A DNA stretch of 64,000 nt from the human T2T-CHM13v2.0 reference genome, Homo sapiens, in assembly GCF_009914755.1 (NCBI RefSeq), contig NC_060944.1. One strand, written 5' to 3'. Made by a program: the position numbers and the translations under genes. The notes under the pieces are model-generated. The model was given only the letters and a program-made list of their open reading frames with translations. It was not told where the DNA came from and searched no databases. The first letter of the stretch is position 1. Every line of letters starts with the position of its first letter. Shown piece by piece: positions 55,222-64,000 of the stretch.

Positions 55222-56139
55222 TGAGAACCTGATTTTCTTAACCAGCAGCCAAGAAAAAGGAAATTATACAGAGCAGCAACCCCACCTCCTCCTTGATCCT
55301 CAGGTGGGGACAGTGAAAGATTTGGACCAATGCCCTTTTCTTTGCCAAGGGGAGTTTTGTATCCTTTTAGACCTCAACCTTGCCCTTTGCTGATGAAGCA
55401 ATTGCCACCAGTTCCTCAGAAGGAAGAAGGAGTCTTCAGTTTTTCAGGCAAATGAAATTCCACCTTTCACTTTAAGCAGCCTCGGGATGCAAGCACACAC
55501 AAAATTCACATGGATTAAACTGTTAATATACCAAAGGGGATGCCAGCAAGTGGCAATAACAATTAGAAACACAAGCATCAAACTGCAGGAAACTGCCCAG
55601 AAATAGCAGCCTCCTCCAACCCCCTGATGTGGATATTAGCATGTAAGGGGGAAAGATGACAGTGATGCAGGGAGGCATTTGGCTCTGTGTTCTGTCTGTT
55701 GGCAGAGAAAGTGTCTCTTCTTATTCTATGCAAGATGTTAGCAAAGGGCTAGCCACACCCCACCTTAGATGGATTCATAGCATGGCAGCTGCAACAGAGC
55801 TGTGAGCTGGCCTGCAGGTGTTCACCCCAGACACCAGTCCTCAGCAGACAGAGTGTGCATAGGGGTGGTGCCATGCCATGACTGTTTCATCACCAAGCCA
55901 TGGTGGAAAGAAACAGAGATCTGAATTCTGTTTATGAATCCACTATGAACTAGCTATGTGACTTTGGGCAATTTACTTCATCTCATGGAACTGTTTCTTC
56001 ATCTGTAAAAGAAAGAGTTGTTTGTTTATTCATTCATTCTCTTCCGAGCTCTGTTAATGACTATTAAACACTTCATGGCTGGCACAATGATGAGCTTCTG
56101 GGATACAAATGAATAAGATAGGACTCCTACCACAGGAGC

Positions 56140-56590
56140 TTGGGGAAGATGGCATCACTGCCCTAGTTCTCTATTCCACCCTGTATCTAGTCTATCCTCT
56201 TTGCATTTGATTTTTCAGCGTCTCCTACTAAAGAGGTGGAGTCTATTTCTCCAACCCTTGACTTGGGGTTAGACTACGTGACTTGCTTGGGGTCATAAAA
56301 TGAGGTGAAAGTAACTGTGCCAGTTCTGAGCCTATGCCTTAAGAAACCTTGGCATATTTTCTGCTTGTGTCTCTGCTACTGCCATGAAAAATACATGTCC
56401 AGGCTAGCCCGCTGTTTCCAGAGGAGGATGAGAGACACATGAAGCATAGCCATGCCAGTTGAAGCTAACGCATATCTGCTGACCCCAGTCAACTCACAGA
56501 CACATAAGCAAGTCCAACTCAGATTAGCAGAGCCACTAAGCCCAGATCAACCAATTCTTGGCTGATCTGTTTGTATGTGACATTACTGTG
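56140..56590 (+). mobile_element. MLT1I/J-like LTR (adjacent MIR ~55900-56020 and L2 end ~56020-56140)
   Basis: gaggtggagtctatttctcc..cccttgactt...gtgccagttctgagccta.gccttaaga...gaggatgagagacacatg. Confidence 0.7.
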
Positions 56591-56739
56591 GTCATAGTTA
56601 GCTGTAGAGAGTGCCCAGGCAATCAGACATTTCCATACAGGGAGATGAATACTTTGATAGAGGTAAGCTGGGGATGGTGAGGAGGTGGAGGTGGGCAATT
56701 TAAGTACAGAGAAAGGCACTTAGCCCAGTCTGGGGCTTT

Positions 56740-58350
56740 TATAATTGTTCATACATTTACCTTTAGCAGAGATATTTATTTCTTTGAACAGCTACGAGTT
56801 ACTCTCCAGTGGCTTTTGTTTCAACCTGAAGGACTCCCTTTAGCATTTCTTGCATGGTAGGTCTAGTGGTAAAGAATCATCTCAGCTTTTGTTTATCTGG
56901 CAATGTCTTAATTTTTCCATCATTTTTGAAGGACAGTTTTGCCAGATATAAAATTCTCGATTGATGGTTTTTTTCCTTCAACATTTTGAATTAATCAATC
57001 CACTGCCTTCTGTCCTCCAAAGTTTCTGTGAGAAATCTGTTACCAATCTTATTGGGACCTCTTGTATATATGAATTGCTTCTCTCTTGCAGCTTTCAAGA
57101 TTTTCTTTTTGTCTCTGGCTTTTGAAAATTTCATTATATTGTGTTGGTGTGTGTTGTTTTGAGTTTATCCTGCTTGAAATTTGTTGCTTCTTGGATGTCT
57201 TTATTCATGCCTTTCATGAAATTTGGGAGAATTTTAGCCAATGTTTACTCAAATAATATTTCTTCTCTTTCCTCTCTCCCGTCTCCTTTTGGTACTCCCA
57301 CAATGCGTATGTTGGTCAGCTTGATGGTGTTCTATAGGTCCCTTAGAGTCTGTTCACTTTTCTTCAATTTTTCCTTTCTATTTTTCAGACTGAATAATTT
57401 CAATTGTCCTATCTTGAAGTTTGTTGATTTCTTCTTATGCCTGCAAAATATGCTTCGAATCATTGCAGTCAATTTTTCGTTTTAGTTATTGTACCTTTCA
57501 GCTCCAGAATTTATTTTTGGTTCCTTTTTATTTTGTATCCTAATGTTTTATGTTTTCTGTCCATAATATTCCTATTATACTGTCTTTATATTTCTGTTTG
57601 TTCATACATCATTTTCTTCATGTAATAATTTGTCTATGTTTTCTGTTAGGTCTTTGAGAATCTTTAAAACAGTCATTTTAAAGCCTTTGTCTAATAAATC
57701 TGCCAGCTGTTCTTTCTTAGGGAGTTTCTGTTGATTTTTTTTTTTTCATTTGACTGGGCCATACTTTCCTCTTTCTTTGTATGCTTTTTGATTTTTGACA
57801 TTTGAACCTTATAATTTTTAACTCTGAAAATCAGATTCTTCCCTTTCCACATGGTTTCCTTTATTTTTAATTGTTGTACTGCATTAAAAGTTTAAATAGA
57901 CTGAAATTAATTGCAACTTTCCATTCAAGCTTTTGCCTGGAAGTTGAAAGCCTTCAAACAGACTCCAAGTTTCAAAATAGTTACATCAGACAGATCCTGC
58001 CAGTGCATTTTTTTGTCTTGGTGGGGAGATAGATTCCTGTGCTTTCTGCTTTGCCAATCTTCTTGTTGTCACTCTGCATATTTAGTTTTGTAAGAAATTT
58101 TCAAATGGGTTTCCAGCATGGATATGTCATTTCACATTCCTGCAAGCAATTAATGAACAATCCCATTTCTCTACACTATTACCAGCATTTGGTTTTGTCA
58201 CTATTTTTTATTTTAGGCATTTTGATAGGTGCGTAGTGATGTCTCTCTATAGTTTCAATTAGCATTTCCTGATGACTAATGATGTTGAAAATCTTTTCAT
58301 ATGTTTTTTTTTTTTCCATTTGTATTTCCTCTTTGGCAAACTCTCTGTTC
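56740..58350 (-). mobile_element. Old L1M ORF1-region and ORF2-end fragments
   Basis: ctcagcttttgtttatctgg.aatgtcttaattt...tttgaaggacagttttgccagatata; gcatttcctgatgactaatgatgttga. Confidence 0.8.
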
Positions 58351-59169
58351 TTAAGGTGTAGGTGTCTTGATTCAGCTCCTGGAATCAAGCTTCATTAAAG
58401 TCCTTCTACATTCCTTGGCCCTAAATGCCATAATCTCAGGCAGCAGCAGTCTACTTCCTTTTTGCCAGTCTTCATGGAAGCCTCATTTTAGCTCCTGGCT
58501 GCAAGCAGTGACCCCGGCTTTCCCTCTTGTCTCAAAATGGAACACCTTTATTCCAATTACCCTAGCTGAAAAGAGCCAAACTGGCCTGTTACTGAGAAAA
58601 TCCACACAGAAAATACATACTTCCTTTGCGTTCACTCAGGGCTTTTTAATTGTTCATTCCATAGTACCTCTTTCTTTGTTTTCCAGAACATGGATATCAA
58701 CTCAACTTCAGGCATATGTGTTTTTTGAAGTTTCTCTGCCTAAAAGCCCTTTGGGTGACAGATGACTGGAAGGAAGATACTATGCTAGTGGGTAGGAGTT
58801 AGGTTGTGTCACTCTGGTAGACACTGTAGCTACCCTGTTCATATCCTCTAATCCCATACCAGAGGTCATCTGCAGGCCATTCTTGTACACATCATGGCGT
58901 CTTGCATCTCTGCCTTAGCGGTTCTGGTGGTAGGCATGTGCTCTGTCTGTGAACAGGGCAGCATGAAAGTGTTGCAGACTTAATGCCTCAGAGACAACTC
59001 TCAACCAAAGAGGAATGAGAGTTGGTGGATTAATGCCCCTGCTTCCTCCCACCTCAATGATACAATATTAAGACTTGTTTTGCACAGACTTTGATCACAG
59101 TTTCCTACCAAGACTGAAGATTCTGTCATGTTTACTCATAAAGGCTCAATGTCTCTAAATAATAATGGG

Positions 59170-59815
59170 TTTTATTTTGAAATAATTTCAGACTTAGAGA
59201 AAACTTATGAGAATAGCACTATGGAATTCTTTTACTCTTTTCCCAGATGCCCCAAACATTAACATTTATCATATTTGCTTTATTATTCTTTCTCTCTATC
59301 TGACTTTCTCTCTCTCTTTTCTCCATGCCCCAAGCTTCAGTTTCTTAAAAGACAAGGACATCCTCTTGCATAACCACAGTGCAATCTTCAAAATCAGGAA
59401 ATTAGCATAGATGCAATACTGTTAGTTAATCTACAGACCTTCTTCAAATTGTGTCAAGTGTCAATACAATCCTTTATAACAAAACCAAACCAAAAACATT
59501 TCCTGATCCAGAATTCCATCCAGGGTTATGAATTGCATTTAGTTAACATTTCTTTCTTCTCCTTTAATCTGGAACTTATTCTTCAGTCTTTCTTTGATTT
59601 TCATGACATTGACATATTTGAAGAGCATAAGACAGTTATTTTGTAGACTGTCCCTCAATTTTGTTTTGTCTGATATCCCTTCTGATTAGATTTAGTTGAT
59701 ATGCTTTTGGCAGGAATACCCCAGAAATGATGTGCATACATCTTTCTCAGTATATCACATCAGGAAGGAGATGATGCCTACTTGTTCCGTAATTGGTGAC
59801 GTTAAGACCAATTGT
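59170..59815 (-). mobile_element. L1MC4/5-like 3' fragment
   Basis: tttattttgaaataatttcagactta...acaaggacatcctct.gcataaccacagt...aaaatcaggaaattagcat. Confidence 0.8.
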
Positions 59816-61188
59816 TTTTTCTAAGTGAAAAACTTAAGAGGAAATCATCAAGGAGGAGCTCTGTTCTTAAAAATGAGGATTCATATGGCTGGTGGAATCA
59901 GATTTCCCTTAGACATTCTTCATTCCTATCCCTCATTTACATTATTTGTGCCTTGAGGGAAGGATTATGCATGTGAGAGGTGATGTATACACCCACATGT
60001 CAGGCCTGAGCTCTGGCCTCAGGAATTGTATAAGATGAGGATTCTGCTCTTCTGCCCAGCTCCTTGGACTCAGAGGAAGTTGGGAAATGGGGAGATGGGT
60101 TAGGGACAGTAATGTCCCTCCAGCATAGTCTGTTTTACCCAGCTCTGGTTGAGACATGGGTTAACAAATCCAGTGGGATCTATGCCTATCTATGTAGGTT
60201 TTACCTTCTTTGATAATAGACTAGGCATTCCAGCTGCCATGTTGTATATTTGTGGTTTACAAATGCAGTGCTGCTCATAAATACTCTTAGAAGAATATCA
60301 TGCGAGGTTTTAAAAATTACTTAAACCCTTAAATCCTAGTTTCTTCATCTGTAAAGTGGTGGTCCTAATACTTTCTAGTGTAATTATGAAAATTAAATGT
60401 TATAATTGATATAAACTGCAGTAAGCACCTGGAATACAAAAATGTTCAATAAATATTATCTATTAATGTTAATGATAGTAACTAAAGAGAAGTCTGCACT
60501 GTGAGTTAAGGAATCTCAGTTTGAATTTCAACCTAAGTACTCCCTGGCTTAGTGAATTTGGCTAATCATCTAATCTCTGAGCCTTGGTTTTCTTGTCTGT
60601 AAATTGAGGGTAATAATATTGTTCCTAGATACCCCCATGGATTGTTGGAAGGAAGAAGTGGTCTCATATGTGTGAAAGCCATTTTCACAGTGGAATAATT
60701 TTGTAAATATGAGTGGATACTTACATTCCATCTCTATACCATGCTGGGCTGCACATCCATGAAAATTGTCTGGGTTTAGCTTATAGCAATGGGGCTGGAA
60801 GTGACCATTGGCTCCAAGACCCACCAGAGAAACCTACATTTCCTGCCTTGTCCCTCCCATAAATCCTGACTGTCTTTTAAGTCTGTCCCTAAAATGACCC
60901 TTGGAATGCCTTTGGTGGTTCCTATCCCTTTGTTGGCTGAATAGCCTGCCTGCTGTGGTATTGTGCCTCTATAGTCTCATTGCCCATGTGGGAGGCTGCT
61001 AGGCCTTGTGGGGCCCCTAGGCCGTGCGGAGCTCCACCACTGACACTGCTCAGGTCATTCTGCTGACCATGAGATGGGGAAGAACCCTCTAATCTGTGTA
61101 GTTGATATTGATAGGATTCATCACAATTTCTTACAGATCCATTGTACCAGTTGCTCTCAACCTTGGCTGCACATTGGTTATCACCTGG

Positions 61189-61686
61189 TGTGTTAGATTT
61201 CATATATATTTATGATTCTCTTTCTGTGGAATTACACACACACACACACACACACAAATATATGAGAGACAGAGGTTGATTTATTTAAATAATTGGTTCG
61301 TGTGGCTGTGGTGGCTAACAAGTTCAAACTCTATAAGAACTTGCCAATAGGCTGAAAGTTCACATAAGAGTTGATGTAGTCTTGAGTCCCAGATTCACAG
61401 AGCAGGCTACTAGGCTGAAAACTCAGAGAGAATTTCTATATTGCAATCTTGAGACCAAATTCTTTCTTCCTTTGGAAACCTCAGTCTTTCTCTTTAAGGC
61501 CTTTTACTGGTTGGATGGAACCCACTCACATTATGGAAAGTAATTTGCCTTAATCCTTGTTTACTGGTTTAAAGGTTAATTACATCTAAAAAATACTTTC
61601 ACAGCAAGCAACATTTAGACTGGTGTCTGACCAAACAACTGGGCACTGTAGTGTAGCCAAGTTGACACATAAAATTGGCCGTCATA
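61189..61686 (-). mobile_element. ERVL solo LTR, MLT2C-like, inside a MER5A
   Basis: Ends ctgggcactgtagtgtagccaagttgacacataaaatt..ccgtcata; internal (CA)n 61234-61256; MER5A cagttgctctcaaccttggctgcacattgg upstream. Confidence 0.82.
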
Positions 61687-62021
61687 TCTGATTCTTTAAA
61701 AAATACCAGACTGGAACCCAGATGAGTCATTTTGGGAATTTCCAGCTTTCTGTTACTGATTTCTAGTTTAATTCCATTTTGGTCTGAGAGTAGACATGTA
61801 TAATTTATATCCTTTTAAATTTGTTATGGTATATTTTATGATTCAGAATGTTGTCTATGTTTAATTTTCTCTGTGAGCTTGAGAAGAATGTGTATTTTCC
61901 TTTTTTTTGATTAAATAGTCTATAAATGTCCATTATATCCAGTTGATTGATGGCGTTCTTAAGATCAACTATGTCCTTATGATTTTCTGCCTGCCAAATC
62001 TATTCATTTTTGATAGAGGAG

Positions 62022-62448
62022 TGATATGGCTTGGATGTTTTGTCCCCTCCAAATCTCATGTTAAAATATGACCTCCAATGTTAGAGGTGGGCATGGTAGG
62101 AGGTGTTAGAATCATGGGAGTGGATCCCTCATGAATAGCTTGATGCCATCCCCGTGGCAATGAGTGAGTTCTTGCTCTGGTAGTTCATGTGAGAGCTGGT
62201 AGTCTAAAGAAGTCTGGCTCTTCCTCGTTGCTCTATTGTTTCCTTGCTTGCTCTCTTGCTTCCTCTTGCCTGCTCTCCCTTCATTGTCTAAACCATAATT
62301 GTAAGTTTCCTGAGGCCCTTACCAGAATGAGATGCTGGCACCATGCTTCCTGTACATCCTGCAGAACTGTGAGCCAATTAAACCTCTTTTCTTTATAAAT
62401 TATCCAGTCTTAAGTATTCCTTTATGGCAATGCAAAGAGACTAACACA
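62022..62448 (+). mobile_element. MSTB 5' LTR
   Basis: tgatatggcttggatgttttgtcccctccaaatctcatgtt...agtattcctttat.gcaatgcaaagagactaacaca. Confidence 0.9.
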
Positions 62449-64000
62449 GAAAATTGGTGCCAAGAAATGGAGCATTGCTATAAGGATACTTGAAAATGTG
62501 GATTGGCTTTGGGACTGGGTAATGGGCAGAAGTTGGAAGAGTTTAGAGGGCTCAGTCACAGGGGTGGAAGGTTGGAAGAGTTTAGAGGTTGGAAGAGTTT
62601 AGAGGGCTCAGAAGATGACAGGAAGATGAGGGAAAATTTAAACTTCTTAGAGTCTTGTTACTTTGTTGTGACCAAAATACTGATAGTAATATAGACAGTA
62701 AAAGCCAGGCTGATGAAGCCTCAAATGGAAACAAGGTAGTTATTGGGAATTAAAGTAAAGATCACCTATGTTACACCCTAGCAAAGAACTTGACGCATTA
62801 TATCCATGCCCTGGGGGTCAGAGGAAGTTTGAATTTAAGAGTGATGATCTAGGGTATCTGGCAGAAGAAATTTCTAAGCAGCAAAGCATTTCAGAAGTGA
62901 TCTGATGGCAGTGAGTCATGGTAGAACCACTGCACTCTGACCTGGGTGACAGAGTGAGACCTTGTCTCAAAAAAAAGAGAAGTTGCGTGGCTGCATCTAA
63001 CAACCTATGGTCAGATATAGGAGGAAATGAATGATTTAAAGTTGAAACTTACAACTAAAAGGAAAGCATAGTGTATTAATTTGGAAAATTCACAGCCTGG
63101 CCACATGGTAGAGAAGGAAAGAGCATTTTTAGGAGAGGAATACAAGCAGGCTGTGGCTGCAAAACAACCACTTGCTGGAGAGATTTACATGACTGAAAGG
63201 GAGTCAGGTGCTAATATCCAAGACAAGGAAAACAAGGTCTCAAAGTCATTTTAGAAACCTTCAGAGCAACCCCTACCATCACAGAACCTGAGGCCTAGGA
63301 GGAAAGAATGGTTTGGGACCAGGACCAGGGCACCACTGCCCTGCTCTACCAGTCACAGTAGGAGACTACTGCCCTTATCCCTGCTGCTCCAGCTCCAGCC
63401 ATAGCTCAAAGGGCCCCAGGTATACCTGGGGCTGCTGCTTTGGAGAGTGCAAACCATAAGCCATGGTGGCTTCTATGTGGTGTTAAGCCTTCAGGTACAC
63501 AGAATGCAAAAGTGAATGAGGCTTTGTAGCAGTTACTTAGATTTCAGAGGATGTATGGGAAAGCCCTGGGTGCCAAGGCAGAAGCCTGATGCAGGGGCAG
63601 AGCCCTTGCAGAGAACTTCTACTAGGTCAGGGCTGAGGGTAAATGTAGGGCTGGAGACCCCACACAGAGTTCCCACCAGGGAACTGCATAATGGAGCTAT
63701 GGGAAGGGGCCCACCATCCTCTAGACTCAAGAATGGTAGAGCCACTGGCAACTTGCACCCGGTGCCTGGAAAAGACACAGGTGCTCAACTCCAATCCATG
63801 AGAGCAGTCATGGGGGCTGCACCCTGCAAAACCACAGGGGTGGAGCTGCCCAATGCCTTGGGAGCCCACCACTTGCACAGTGTGACCTGGATGTGGGACA
63901 TTGAGTCAAGGATTATGCTGGAGCTTTAAGATTTAATGTCTGTCTTGCTGGGTGTTGAATTTGTGTGAGACCTGTTGCTCCTTGCTTTTGCTTGATTTCT
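62449..64000 (+). mobile_element. MST-int MaLR internal region (runs off the window; Alu 3' fragment at ~62908-62977)
   Basis: Directly follows the LTR: gaaaattggt.cc...tgaaaatgtgga...gacaggaagatgagggaaa...ctggcagaagaaatttctaagcagcaaagc...gatttcagaggatgtatgg. Confidence 0.9.

Noticed and set aside
57141-57485. Hydrophobic 114-aa ORF that looks membrane-like
   Set aside because: Antisense translation of A-rich L1 sequence

Overview
Primate (almost certainly human) euchromatic DNA, mostly transposable-element debris. It contains many Alu, MIR, L2 and old L1M fragments, small hAT DNA transposons, and about 35 MaLR/ERVL/ERV1 LTRs, several of them nested with readable target-site duplications. 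The only convincing protein-coding gene is an intronless 156-aa ORF at 17658-18128 (+), recognised as SCP2D1 (C20orf79; from memory chr20p11.23, testis-expressed). Its C-terminal ~115 aa are colinear with the SCP2 domain of HSD17B4 and end in a PTS1-like AKF. A minus-strand exon ending at a GAG|GTAAGT donor (33849) encodes MFQVFKPHAGE, which I recall as the start of the putative SCP2D1-AS1/C20orf78 product, so SCP2D1 probably lies in an intron of an antisense transcript. Best leads: (i) a possible A-MYB-driven antisense / CREM-driven sense pair; (ii) an overlapping uORF and a possible Met33 short isoform of SCP2D1; (iii) an MLT2A1 solo LTR with a perfect DUX4 site, TATA box, splice donor and a destroyed poly(A) signal; (iv) a 100%-identical 55-bp tandem duplication. 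I found no tRNA, rRNA or CRISPR, and I cannot establish a new multi-gene system from sequence alone. Repeat subfamily names come from by-eye comparison with remembered consensus sequences, and boundaries without TSD support are approximate.
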